The notes below the pieces were generated by a model. It was not told the origin of the DNA and ran no database searches. It saw only the letters and a program-made list of their open reading frames with translations. This document shows positions 10,271 to 20,530 of a DNA stretch of 64,000 nucleotides, one piece after another. The stretch comes from Cyanophora paradoxa CCMP329 (taxonomy: Eukaryota; Plantae; Glaucophyta). Within the stretch, counting starts at the first letter, position 1, and each line of letters begins with the position of its first letter. The stretch lies in NCBI GenBank assembly GCA_004431415.1, contig QPMI01000176.1, positions 62,001 to 126,000 on the forward strand, read 5' to 3'. The translations under genes and the position numbers were made by a program.

Positions 10271-13200
10271 TTATACAGCGACATTTTTAATTTGGTCTAT
10301 TTGACTTTGGAGATTTTCACATGTTTGTGTTAAATCTTTGCATTTCTGGGATAATTCTTTAACGGCTTCAATCAGAACCGGAATTAAACCTGTGTATTCA
10401 AGAGATAAATAACCATCATCTTGTTTCGCTCTCACAACTTCTGGTATAACCTGCTGTACATCTTGCGCAATTAAACCTAATCTTGTTCCATCTTGTTCAC
10501 TTCCGATTCGTTTAAAACTCACTCCTTCTAATTTCTCTATTGCTGAAAGAGCGTCGGTTATCTTTTTGATATCGGTTTTGTATCTTCTATCGCTACCTTG
10601 TCCGAGATAGTTTCTAACCCACATGTAACCGTCGTCATTTATAAATGCTACATGTGTATCCCACGTATTTCTAAATTCTACTACTGTTGTTGCATGTCCT
10701 CTAATATATGTAGTTGATGCTGAACCGAAATATATTCTTGAATAACCTTCACTTGAAGTAATCCAAGTTCCGGTTGCCCAAATGGTGCGTTCATCTTTAC
10801 TAAAAACGTTATCCCAACTTATAAAACCATTTGCTGGTGCTGTTCTTCCTTTTTCTTTTGTCCAACCAATCATACCAATGTGACATCTCCCTTTTCTTGC
10901 AACAAATCTTACATGGGAGAATGTATCACAATGGAAAGAAGTCCATGTTAAGCCATCATGCCAATCTGAATCGTAATTATTTGAAACGGCTTGGTAACAA
11001 TTTACCCTCATAATGTGATGCCACCTCCCATTTCGATAGCCTCCAATATCGAAATATCTGCAATTTGTCCAACACATATACTGAACATGACATGTTTTCA
11101 TATTGGCTGGGACTTCAATTTGTGCATAATCTGAACTTGTTTGATCATCTACATTGTTGCTATAAAATCCATCAATGGGATTAGTGTAAGAAGGAACCCA
11201 ACCTCCTGTCCAAGATCCAACATAATAAAGACTGTAACTACCATGTCCACTCCAAGTATCAAACCCTGTAATGTTTCCAATCGAATTGGTGACATCTGTT
11301 AATGATAGATAAGATGTAGGTATATTTGGCTTGCTATACACATTATTCCAATGAATATAACCAGTGTGACCACCATAACTATGCCCAACCCATATTTTCA
11401 TGAAACTAATACCCATAATGTGAACCCTTCCAATTCTTGCTTGAATTCGAATCCTTACAAATCGGTTTCCTAGGAAGATGGGGACATTATTCACACCACT
11501 ATGGTTATCATTTGCAGACCCTGCATAAGGGTGATAATTGTTGACAGTTGTTATGAAAATCGCATTGCCTTGTCGATTAATTCCCCAAATCTCGAAAATT
11601 CGTGTGTTGCCCCATGGTAAATGAGTCAGAAATGCTGACCCTGTGTGTAATCCATCGGGTATATTGTATTCAATCCAAGCGGAAGAGGTTTGGTCATCCA
11701 CTTCATTATTGTATGCATGCCCACCATAATTAAAATAGGGTTCCCAAGCTGAACCATAACCGAAATTCCAACCTCCAGAATAATTATATGGAGAACTGCC
11801 TGCAACATATCCATCATTTGAGTGAAGCTTAGGAACAGCATTACCATTTATTTGAAGATTCGTAGTAGCATTAATGGTAGATGCTGTGAGGGTATTATTG
11901 ACCCAAAGGTTACCATTGTCATAAGACTTCAAAATGGCTGTATCTCCTGAATTTCTAAATTCAATTGACACACCTTCACCATTCCCATACCCTCGAATAT
12001 ATGTTGTATTACCACTACCAAACCAAAACCTTGGAATATTATCTGTTGATTTGTGCCAGTCCACAGAGTTCACTGTCAATAGATCACCTAAAACGTTAGG
12101 GACTTCTGCCTTTGTTGCATAAGTGCCTGCAAAATCAGGTTTACTAAATACATTATCCCAAGAGATCATGCCCAATTCATTATCTGTTGCTCTCTGTCTG
12201 CTCCACCCAAAAACACCTGTGAGATGAATGCGACCTTTTCGACCTTGAACATAAATATATTTGTAAAACTCGCAATTGATAGAGACAAACAAGATTGTAT
12301 TATGTGTTCCATCCTGATTCACCTGTTGAATTCCCTGATAGGCATTTACTCGTTTTAAGAAATGTTGATATCCATTAGTTGTTTGCCCATAGATATCGAA
12401 ATATCTGCAATTATACCAAGGCATGTGCTGGATATAAAATGATTTCATACCTGTGGGAATGAGCCATCTCATCCAACAACCACTGCAATCTTCATCATTT
12501 TGTGGTGTGGTATGACATCCATTTTGCCCTGTTCTTGATGCCCAAGTAACAGTCCAGTTATTTGGAGATCTGTCTGTCGAAATAACATCTAATTGGTCGA
12601 AATCATAACCTTTTGGTATTGTGGTTCCACCAATTTGTAAAGTGGTAGCGTTAACGGTTCCAGTGACGGTTCCACCTGTGAGAGGTAAATAATTTGCAAG
12701 CGCCGTCGCTAATTCTGCATCGGTTGCATAACTGCTTAAATCCGCGGTCGTGAGATATCCTTTATTGGTAAGGTAATCATCTGGAACAACTCCTGAAAGG
12801 GTTGTATTGTGTAAGTTTTTCGCCGCCATTCTCTGATTGACTTCTAAGGCGCCACCTGATGTCGTTTTTATCCACGCCATCTCGCATTTCCCGTGGTCAT
12901 CTCTTGGTTGTCCCGCAAGCGGTGCGTAATTGAATTTCGAGCGACTAAATATAATTTTTGGACGTGAACCATCAGTTGCGCTTACATCGGTTACATTCAC
13001 TTGTAAAATGGCGTCTTTGTCATCATAAGTTGCTGGATCAGATGGTAGCGGTGGTAAACCTGTTGTTAATGGGATATCCGCATTATAGTAACTTGTTAGA
13101 TAAATACCCGGTTTGGTATCTATTAATGCATCACCACCTGCTGCAACTAATGTTGTTCTTGTGGGTTGTTTAATATATAATTCGCCTTCCATTGTGGTGC

Positions 13201-15634
13201 CTGCTTCAATTCCTTTTCGGTGTAAATAGTATTCACTTAATTGTAATCTTTCAGGGATGGTGTCACTCTGATAGAAACTAACCCCATAAAATCCATCACC
13301 ATTTACCACATCACCTGTCGATGCAAAACGTGGTTTTTCATCTATTTCGTCCCAATCGTGCCTGTGTGCAAAATCCGTAATATCTGCTTTGACATGTTCA
13401 TGTGCAAAATCCGTAATATCTGCTTTGACATGTTTGTGTGCAAAATCTGTGATCTGATCTTTGGTGTGAGTATGGGCAAAGTCTGTAATATCGGCTTTAA
13501 CATGTTCATGTGCGAAATCTGTTATTTGGTCTTTTGTATGAGTATGCGCAAAGTCTGTAATATCGGCTTTAACATGTTCATGTGCGAAATCTGTAATATC
13601 GGCTTTAACATGTTCATGTGCGAAATCCGTAATATCTGCTTTGACATGTTCATGTGCAAAATCCGTAATATCTGCTTTGACATGTTCATGGTCTTCTGGT
13701 GGGAATGTTTCGGGTTGATCTGGGATATTCTCCCATCTAAAATAATCTTCTGTTACCACTCTTGAAATATTTTCGTTGTGAATGTTTTTCGCTGCTGCTC
13801 TTTGATTGATTTCTAAAAGACCCTCAGGAACCCCACCATTATAATTTGTTTTTATCCATGCTACCTCACACTGTTTATAATCGTCACGATTTCCTAAAAG
13901 GGTTTCTGCTGCGAGTTGTTCACGACTGAATATAAGTTTTGGTCTTGATCCGTCCAAATCGCTAACATTTGTTACATTAATTTGTATAGTGGCGTTATGG
14001 TTTGCATAATTTACTGGATCAGATGGGAGAGGTGGCAAACCCATAGTCATCGGGATATCATCGGCGTAATAACTGGTTAGATAGATTCCTGGTTTATTCT
14101 CTTTAACTTCTACACCTCCACCTGCTGCGATCAATTCAATTCTTCTGGGAGGTCTAATATATATTTCGCCTTCCATTGTGGTGCCTGCATCAATTCCTTT
14201 TCGATTCAGGTAATATTCACTTAAAAGTAATCTTTGTTCGATGTTAATATTTTGGTAGAGACTCACACCATTTGTCCCATCAGTTAAAACATTACCTGTT
14301 GATGCAAAGGTAGGCTGTAAATCGATTTCGTCCCAATTATGCCTATGGTCTTCTGGTGGAAACTGCTCTGGTATTCCATCGATATCGCCCCAATCATGCC
14401 TATGGTCTGTGGGTGGAAATCTATCTGGTTTATTATCAATCTCGTCCCAATCATGTCTGTGTTCCTCCGGCGGAAAAGTCTCAGGTTTGTTCGTAATTGA
14501 TTCCCAGTCTACGGTGAACTCCAAGGGGAAGCAAATAGGATCAAAGCCGTCTGGAAGCAGCTGCTCATGGGGAATCACAGGCTGCTCGTACTCGAGTTCT
14601 TGAACATCTAAGCCATCAGGAAGTAACTGCTCTTCAGGCTCTGTGTACATTTCGAGTGGGAAAACTTCAATATCAGGCGGCAGGTATTCCTCATGTGGAT
14701 GCTTATAGGGTTCTATCACTGGACGATTCCTGACAGCCTCCCATGAAATAATATTTTGACCAAATGGGATTGTCTCATCGGCAACTCGCTCTCGACCTGG
14801 TCCATCCGGCGTTGGCGGCTTTGGTAGCCCTGGAAGAGGTGGTATAGGTGGTATAGGGACAATAGGTCCAAAGTAGTAGTTGAAAATGTTTATTATCTCC
14901 GGTTCAGTGATTACTTTTTTGCCGTCTTGGTAAATACTTGTTCCATGAATATTTCGCCACTGCCTGGTGCGAAGCCCTAGGTCATATCTATCATGCAATG
15001 CCGGGAGCAGGTGTCTGTCAGCTTCCATCAGGATCGAGCCAAAGGTGCATCCAGGAATATCTAACCTGGTAGCAGGCTCTGTATCAATTTGATTAACATC
15101 AAATCCGTATAAAATATTTGTTTCTCGTGCAGCTGTATAAAGTAAATCCCAGGGAAATGGTTGGATTTGCGATGCTAGCACTGATATTCCTGCGTCTTCA
15201 CCAAGGAGGATTCGCCCTGTAATTTGAGCAGCAGTCTTGTTTGTGATGGCATTGGATTCATCAATTAGACGTAGAGCTGATATATGGATCCCTCTATCAT
15301 TTTGAAGCCTAAATATTAATCTACCAGAATCATACTTAGAAACTGTGCCTGAGGAGGCAATGTGTAGGTGTCGTGGCAATGCCCTTGATCCGACTATTTC
15401 AGCCACATAATTCTCAGCTGGACCCAGACAAAATCTCTGTGCGATATTTGGGGCACCGACGTGTGAATTGCGCAGAATTAACGCAGCTGGACGATTAAAA
15501 GCGGTCTGGTGTATATCCTTGTCAGAATTGTAGTCAATTAGAGTGCTCCCGAATACACGGATATTTATAAGCCGATCATCCACGGTATCTGGAGCTTTAC
15601 GAAGTGGCACTGGCTTCTTCAAGATGTAGGACAT
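10271..15634 (-). CDS. Phage-like tail fibre, 1787 aa, with HxH repeats and a C-terminal peptidase S74 intramolecular chaperone
   Basis: C-terminal SDRRYKTDIKKI..ALSAIEKLEGVSF..GLIAQDVQQVIPEVV..LSLEYTGLIPVLIEAVKEL plus coiled coil; HRHxWxxIxxxPxxFPP and H[ETK]HxKxxITDFA repeats; internally repeated globular modules. Confidence 0.9.
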   Translation of the reverse strand: MSYILKKPVPLRKAPDTVDDRLINIRVFGSTLIDYNSDKDIHQTAFNRPAALILRNSHVGAPNIAQRFCLGPAENYVAEIVGSRALPRHLHIASSGTVSKYDSGRLIFRLQNDRGIHISALRLIDESNAITNKTAAQITGRILLGEDAGISVLASQIQPFPWDLLYTAARETNILYGFDVNQIDTEPATRLDIPGCTFGSILMEADRHLLPALHDRYDLGLRTRQWRNIHGTSIYQDGKKVITEPEIINIFNYYFGPIVPIPPIPPLPGLPKPPTPDGPGRERVADETIPFGQNIISWEAVRNRPVIEPYKHPHEEYLPPDIEVFPLEMYTEPEEQLLPDGLDVQELEYEQPVIPHEQLLPDGFDPICFPLEFTVDWESITNKPETFPPEEHRHDWDEIDNKPDRFPPTDHRHDWGDIDGIPEQFPPEDHRHNWDEIDLQPTFASTGNVLTDGTNGVSLYQNINIEQRLLLSEYYLNRKGIDAGTTMEGEIYIRPPRRIELIAAGGGVEVKENKPGIYLTSYYADDIPMTMGLPPLPSDPVNYANHNATIQINVTNVSDLDGSRPKLIFSREQLAAETLLGNRDDYKQCEVAWIKTNYNGGVPEGLLEINQRAAAKNIHNENISRVVTEDYFRWENIPDQPETFPPEDHEHVKADITDFAHEHVKADITDFAHEHVKADITDFAHEHVKADITDFAHTHTKDQITDFAHEHVKADITDFAHTHTKDQITDFAHKHVKADITDFAHEHVKADITDFAHRHDWDEIDEKPRFASTGDVVNGDGFYGVSFYQSDTIPERLQLSEYYLHRKGIEAGTTMEGELYIKQPTRTTLVAAGGDALIDTKPGIYLTSYYNADIPLTTGLPPLPSDPATYDDKDAILQVNVTDVSATDGSRPKIIFSRSKFNYAPLAGQPRDDHGKCEMAWIKTTSGGALEVNQRMAAKNLHNTTLSGVVPDDYLTNKGYLTTADLSSYATDAELATALANYLPLTGGTVTGTVNATTLQIGGTTIPKGYDFDQLDVISTDRSPNNWTVTWASRTGQNGCHTTPQNDEDCSGCWMRWLIPTGMKSFYIQHMPWYNCRYFDIYGQTTNGYQHFLKRVNAYQGIQQVNQDGTHNTILFVSINCEFYKYIYVQGRKGRIHLTGVFGWSRQRATDNELGMISWDNVFSKPDFAGTYATKAEVPNVLGDLLTVNSVDWHKSTDNIPRFWFGSGNTTYIRGYGNGEGVSIEFRNSGDTAILKSYDNGNLWVNNTLTASTINATTNLQINGNAVPKLHSNDGYVAGSSPYNYSGGWNFGYGSAWEPYFNYGGHAYNNEVDDQTSSAWIEYNIPDGLHTGSAFLTHLPWGNTRIFEIWGINRQGNAIFITTVNNYHPYAGSANDNHSGVNNVPIFLGNRFVRIRIQARIGRVHIMGISFMKIWVGHSYGGHTGYIHWNNVYSKPNIPTSYLSLTDVTNSIGNITGFDTWSGHGSYSLYYVGSWTGGWVPSYTNPIDGFYSNNVDDQTSSDYAQIEVPANMKTCHVQYMCWTNCRYFDIGGYRNGRWHHIMRVNCYQAVSNNYDSDWHDGLTWTSFHCDTFSHVRFVARKGRCHIGMIGWTKEKGRTAPANGFISWDNVFSKDERTIWATGTWITSSEGYSRIYFGSASTTYIRGHATTVVEFRNTWDTHVAFINDDGYMWVRNYLGQGSDRRYKTDIKKITDALSAIEKLEGVSFKRIGSEQDGTRLGLIAQDVQQVIPEVVRAKQDDGYLSLEYTGLIPVLIEAVKELSQKCKDLTQTCENLQSQIDQIKNVAV
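13367..13690 (-). repeat. Nine tandem 36-bp coding repeats (HEHVKADITDFA / HTHTKDQITDFA)
   Basis: Counted directly in the fibre translation and the DNA. Confidence 0.95.
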
Positions 15635-15658
15635 TTTTATATAGGCCTCCTTTTAAAA

Positions 15659-17143
15659 ATGAAGGTGATTCTCTCGTTATCAGGTGGAGGTGCTCGTGGC
15701 ATAATTATAACCAGAATTCTGCAACGGATTGAGGCAATCACTGGCAAAGCGATTCCACAACTGTTTGACTTCGTTGCAGGAACGAGTACAGGCGCTATCA
15801 TAGCAGCTGGTTTGGCTATACCATCAACTCCGGGCTCTGTTCTCGCTTACCGATATTCTGCGGGCGATATCTTGAGTCTCTACCAGACAAACCTGCCAGT
15901 AATATTTGCGAATCCTAGATCGCTAACGAGCCTGCTTGCAGGAAGCCGTTATGATGCAAACCCTCTGGAGTCAGTGCTACTAGACGTTGCCCAGGACTAC
16001 ACAATTGCAGAATCAACAAAAGACATATTAATCACAGCATTTGATACAGTTCGGATGCAGCCCGTAGTTTTCACTAAGGATGGGCCATACTCAAGCACCC
16101 TGATTCGTGATGCAGTTAGAGCATCTTCTGCAGCACCTACATTCTTTCCACCGAAGGTGCTAGGAGACAAGAACCTTGTTGATGGGGCCATCGCCTGTTT
16201 AAATAACCCCTCGGTTGCAGCACTCAGCCATGCCAGCAAAATTTACGATGCAGAAGATCCAATTGTTCTTGTGAGCATCAGCTGCGGAGAGGTCCAAGCT
16301 AGCGAGCAATTGACTGCAGGTTTTTCAAATGCGGAGACGTCAGGCTGGGGCGCCCTGGGCTGGATCCTATCCCTCTCAGGCAGCCCAATTATTTCTATGC
16401 TAATGGCTGGGAGCGAGCTGGAATCCCACTTTCAAATGCAGGAGCTGCTTCCAGTTGATGCAGATAGGAATCTAACTAGGTACTGGCGCTTAAGTGTTCC
16501 GCTGCCAGCTGCAGTCATGAGCAAGCTTGATGATGCATCCCCCTCTAATATTTCTTATTTGATTTCCACAACTGACTTATGGCTGAAACAAACTGAAATA
16601 AATGCTAAAATAAATGCACTCTGCAGCTTTCTATTGGCGAACTACGACCTAGTGAACGATGAGAGACTTATCATATCGTCTACCTTAACAGTTGAGCCTC
16701 CATTTGATGTCAACTGGTTTATAATTCCAGATGCGAATATCACAAGCAACGACTTCGAGGAATTGCACCCACCTTCTCACGTGCGACCCAACTCAACAGG
16801 GTTTCAGGGTGGCACTTTACCTAATCCCTGGATCAAAGTCGAGTTTCCCAAGCCTTTTGAGCTACATCAAATCATTATGTATGGGCCAGCCTTTGCTGCC
16901 GGAGTCCTATTTAATTTCAGCATTCTGACCAACTTAGGATATTTACGAGACGGGTCACTATTTGAGAATACGGTCCTAGCAAATGTGCTTGCTGCAAACC
17001 CATCTATGACAGGCTTTGATCTAATGCATAGTGACTCGCATTTGATCACCCCACAGGTTTATAACTATGTGCAAATTATAACAAACGAATTTATAAATGT
17101 GAATGCGTTCCGGCTTGATTTCCGGGGACGTTACCTAAACTAA
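15659..17143 (+). CDS. Patatin-like phospholipase, 494 aa, with an extra C-terminal beta-rich domain
   Basis: LSLSGGGARG oxyanion loop, GTSTG nucleophile elbow, ASSAAPTFF and LVDGA catalytic Asp. The C-terminal ~150 aa contain NPWIKVEFPKPFELHQIIMYG (discoidin/galactose-binding-like, tentative). Confidence 0.92.
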   Translation: MKVILSLSGGGARGIIITRILQRIEAITGKAIPQLFDFVAGTSTGAIIAAGLAIPSTPGSVLAYRYSAGDILSLYQTNLPVIFANPRSLTSLLAGSRYDANPLESVLLDVAQDYTIAESTKDILITAFDTVRMQPVVFTKDGPYSSTLIRDAVRASSAAPTFFPPKVLGDKNLVDGAIACLNNPSVAALSHASKIYDAEDPIVLVSISCGEVQASEQLTAGFSNAETSGWGALGWILSLSGSPIISMLMAGSELESHFQMQELLPVDADRNLTRYWRLSVPLPAAVMSKLDDASPSNISYLISTTDLWLKQTEINAKINALCSFLLANYDLVNDERLIISSTLTVEPPFDVNWFIIPDANITSNDFEELHPPSHVRPNSTGFQGGTLPNPWIKVEFPKPFELHQIIMYGPAFAAGVLFNFSILTNLGYLRDGSLFENTVLANVLAANPSMTGFDLMHSDSHLITPQVYNYVQIITNEFINVNAFRLDFRGRYLN

Positions 17144-18022
17144 AAATTGCAGTTCACCAGACCAAGGCAGGCCATTCAGAGAGACGTCATCACCATCTCT
17201 GTCTACAATGCGCAGTCGCAAGGAAGTCAGCACAAGACGCTCTTCGATGGGGATCCATTCTTCATTTTCCTGATTTATATAAACGAACTTGCCAACGTCC
17301 TGGCTCATTTGAATTCGAGCGAGCCCGTAGTTACACATTGATTTAGCCCCACGGCAAAGCTTTGAAGCAAACGGCCGTAGCTCTTCGCAGACAAGGAAGA
17401 GGTACTGGTCGCTGTTCATGTCGATTATCTTTGGAAATTCGACCGCGTAACCAAGTGGCTCACTCCGCATTCTTCCGGTGAAATCAATGCCGTACTCAGG
17501 GTGAGCAGGTGTAACTGGAATGCCAGCAACCTCGAGATACCGCTCAGCTGCAGTTAGTGGTCTTTGCCCCCCTTCAAGCACAATAGGAGACAGCTGGAGG
17601 GGCTCATTTCGGTTCAGCCCAAGCAGATTCGATAGAGCTTTGAACTGGCAGGTCAGTGTGCAGGAACGGCTGCAATAGGCAGACATTTTCAACGTCTCTG
17701 GGTCTCGAAACAATTTGAAATATGCGATTGAGATCCCTTCTAGCCTGATATTAAACGATAGGCCAAAGTTATAAATATCTGTTTCGCCCAGATTTGCAGT
17801 AGTAATTATGCCAGGCTCAAAAACCGCCAGATTTTCTGTCCCAATGTAGGGAAAGGTGATCGAAAGATACTCATCTTTAATGCTGGTGTAAAGGCTGTTT
17901 GCGAACTCACACTGGGTAAGTCGAACAGCAACTGGATTGATTATAGGTTCATTGATTTCGAGCACAAAGTTTGCCTCTGAATCGATTGGCCTTCTGTCTC
18001 TGCTGTCAAAGGTAAGCCGCAT
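17135..18022 (-). CDS. Minor capsid (penton-like) protein 1, 295 aa
   Basis: N-terminal FDSRDR..F.L...I.N..AVRL..CEF.N and C-terminal YLFL...L..LARI..LTSLRLRIVDRDG..V.LNG..WS..L.F, the pattern of single-jelly-roll pentons in PLVs and NCLDVs. Confidence 0.78.
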   Translation of the reverse strand: MRLTFDSRDRRPIDSEANFVLEINEPIINPVAVRLTQCEFANSLYTSIKDEYLSITFPYIGTENLAVFEPGIITTANLGETDIYNFGLSFNIRLEGISIAYFKLFRDPETLKMSAYCSRSCTLTCQFKALSNLLGLNRNEPLQLSPIVLEGGQRPLTAAERYLEVAGIPVTPAHPEYGIDFTGRMRSEPLGYAVEFPKIIDMNSDQYLFLVCEELRPFASKLCRGAKSMCNYGLARIQMSQDVGKFVYINQENEEWIPIEERLVLTSLRLRIVDRDGDDVSLNGLPWSGELQFLV

Positions 18023-18049
18023 TTTTATTCTCTAACTGATATAAAAAAG

Positions 18050-19006
18050 ATGCCTACGGACTACGTCTGCATTGCAAGTCACCAAGCGGAGGAGCTGACA
18101 TCCACCTCGAAATTTAAAGTAAGACTGCCTAAAGTTTATCAGGATGTGAAAGCCGTGCGCTTGGTATCAGCTGAGATCCCCAACACAATGAGCACAATTG
18201 ATGTACTCGATCCAGCAGAGGATTTGGTCTTTGACACCTACATATATTGGTGCAAATATGATCCTACTAATGAAGGACCCGACCCACCTCAGGCCGGCTT
18301 TGGAGCGTGGAATAACATTGCAATTCCACCTGGAAATTACGACGTCACCTCGCTTGTGACAGAGATAAACGAAAGGTTGACGGGAACAGGTATCACGTGC
18401 ACGTATAATTCAGCGATCAAATTAATAGGGTTCACAGCTAACTTCGAGTTCTTTATTGCTCTGATGTTGCCAACGAACCAGGGTGGGCGGGAAGTCAGAA
18501 ACTACCAGGCCGTTGCAAGGGCTCAGCGAACTGCAAAGCTTCTAGGGCTGCGATCAATTCTACCGATTCGGTCAAAGACATTATCTATAAATACTGAATA
18601 TATAGCAGGCGCTTATGAGCCTGATGTCACTCCCGATGATCATGTGCTCCTACGCATTCCTGAAATTGGTGACCTTGTCAGTATGCCCAATACTTCAATA
18701 CCTGGCTTCTTTGCCAAAATTAGCATTCCAAACAGCCTTCGTCCAGGCGAGATAGCATACTTTGATTCAACTGAAGCAACTCCTTTGTACAAGTATGTTT
18801 ATTCAAAGCTGGACCTCTACTCTGTGACTATTGAGATTTACGATTTTATGCAGCGAATCGCTGATTTAAATGGAGCTCCTGTGTCATTTATTCTCGAAAT
18901 TCGTTATGGTCCAGACGAACCCAATGGTGATGTTGTCTACGAGCTCGCAAAGCTTCAGCTCCAGAAAAGATCGAAGACATATCCTTGGATCAATTCGTCA
19001 AACTGA
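18050..19006 (+). CDS. Minor capsid (penton-like) protein 2, 318 aa
   Basis: FKVRLPKVYQDVKAVRLVSAEIPNT, IPPGNYDVTSLVTEIN, HVLLRIPE, FFAKI and VTIEIYD...IADLNGAPVSFILEI; lies directly upstream of the MCP. Confidence 0.82.
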   Translation: MPTDYVCIASHQAEELTSTSKFKVRLPKVYQDVKAVRLVSAEIPNTMSTIDVLDPAEDLVFDTYIYWCKYDPTNEGPDPPQAGFGAWNNIAIPPGNYDVTSLVTEINERLTGTGITCTYNSAIKLIGFTANFEFFIALMLPTNQGGREVRNYQAVARAQRTAKLLGLRSILPIRSKTLSINTEYIAGAYEPDVTPDDHVLLRIPEIGDLVSMPNTSIPGFFAKISIPNSLRPGEIAYFDSTEATPLYKYVYSKLDLYSVTIEIYDFMQRIADLNGAPVSFILEIRYGPDEPNGDVVYELAKLQLQKRSKTYPWINSSN

Positions 19007-19081
19007 GCTAAGCTCGCGGCACGCAAGCAAGCCTTGGCGAAGCGCCCAAATTATTTTCTTTCACTGCAATTATATAAATCG

Positions 19082-20468
19082 ATGGATGTTACTCAAAATT
19101 TGCAGCGGCTCGGCCTCAAGGAGCTCCTGACAACTCCGCAGGAAGCTAAGGACTTTTTCATGAACAATGAGCTTATGTTAGGTCTAACCAGCCAAACAAA
19201 GCCTGTGCGTGTTGTTGTCAACCCAAGCAATGACTATGGAGACTGCTTCGGAAAGAGGGTTACTTATTTCCTGCCCCGGTACAATTTCCTTCAGGGCTCG
19301 AACTGCAGTTCACCCTTCCAGAGTTGACTGCATTTACTGGTGACACTGACCTGGTTCGCACTGGTTATTTGCGATCGGTTGGTGCTCTTGTAAAGCGAAT
19401 CGAAATCAAATATGCTTCCTACAGCTACATTGTCCCCGAGGACTGGCTTGTTCACAGCGCTCTGATTTTCAATGATGATGCTCAGCTCAAAAAGAAGTAC
19501 CGATCCGGTGGCTGGCTCCATGGAACACCACCTCAGGGGAGCAATCGCGCTGGAGGTATTTTCAGTGTAAAGATCCCCTGCCCCTGGGAGGGCTCAGTGC
19601 TTCCAATTGGTGCGCTATCGGGCGAGGTGTCTGTGGAGGTTTGGTTCCGTGACCGTGCCAGGGCTTCGTTGAGACCAGCTATGGTGGTAGGTTTGTAGCA
19701 GAATATGCCGCAAACGGTGATGCCTCTAAAGATGATGGACTCGGGAGCGTTGGAGCTGCCGCTGCATCCCCTGCAAACATTGGCCAGAATATAACCCCCA
19801 ATGTCCTCACTGTCACTCCTGCCAATCCCGAGCTATCGAATCCAAAGATTATAGCTCACTGCATCAACGTTGATGAGGCTACTTTTGCACAGGTTATTGA
19901 AAAAGTCAAATCGTCTGGAATCGCCATTCCTGCCACTGAGGTTGGCTGGGTTGATGCTGACTCGATCACCTATGCAGGGGCTGGTGCACCTACCCGGATT
20001 AATCTGTCGCAGATCAGTGGGCTCTGCTATGGCCTTTTTGTTAGCATTCGCAAGCAGACAAATATGAACCAAACTGATGGAAAACACAGTGTCCTTAAAA
20101 CTGAGGCCAATGCTCGTGATATAACTATTTCCTGCGAATTGAATGGCCAGCGACTTTATTCTAACGAGCCTGTGCCACTCTTGCAAGGTGCTGAGCTCAT
20201 TGCTGATGTGTTCAAGTGCTCGAATCTCGACGCGCCTCTTAACAGATATGTTCTGAGTGGATTGCCATTTTGCATTAGTGGGGATAAATCGATCCGAAAT
20301 GCAGCTCAAACTGGTTTCGTGGATCTCACCAACAGCAGCAGCTGCTTCCTGAATATCATGAATCCTGCCGCTTACGATGCAAACAACAAGATTTACGTCC
20401 AGGTTCGCGCTCTCCTGCACACTGTCCTAATTGTTGATGCTGCGGGCCTTCGCAAGGTGAACCTCTAG
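19082..20468 (+). CDS. Probable major capsid protein (double jelly roll), ~462 aa when two -1 frame changes are repaired
   Basis: Three overlapping frames join: MDVTQ..YFLPRYNFLQG|LELQFTLPEL..VKRIEIKY..VLPIGALSGEVSVEVWFRD..|GFVETSY.., open through 20064 to ..TGFVDLTN..IYVQVRALLHTVLIVDAAGLRKVNL. Size, beta-strand pattern and position between penton and ATPase fit an MCP. Confidence 0.8.
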
Positions 20469-20530
20469 TCGAATTGTCGTCAGACAAGCTGCCTTGGCTG
20501 CGCCTGCGAATCTCGGTAGTTAATTTTTTG

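Noticed and set aside
10271-14400. Diversity-generating retroelement acting on the fibre repeats
   Set aside because: No reverse transcriptase and no non-coding template repeat differing only at adenines. The duplications are in-frame domain repeats.
19833-20420. 195-aa minus-strand ORF
   Set aside because: Antisense shadow of the MCP frame.
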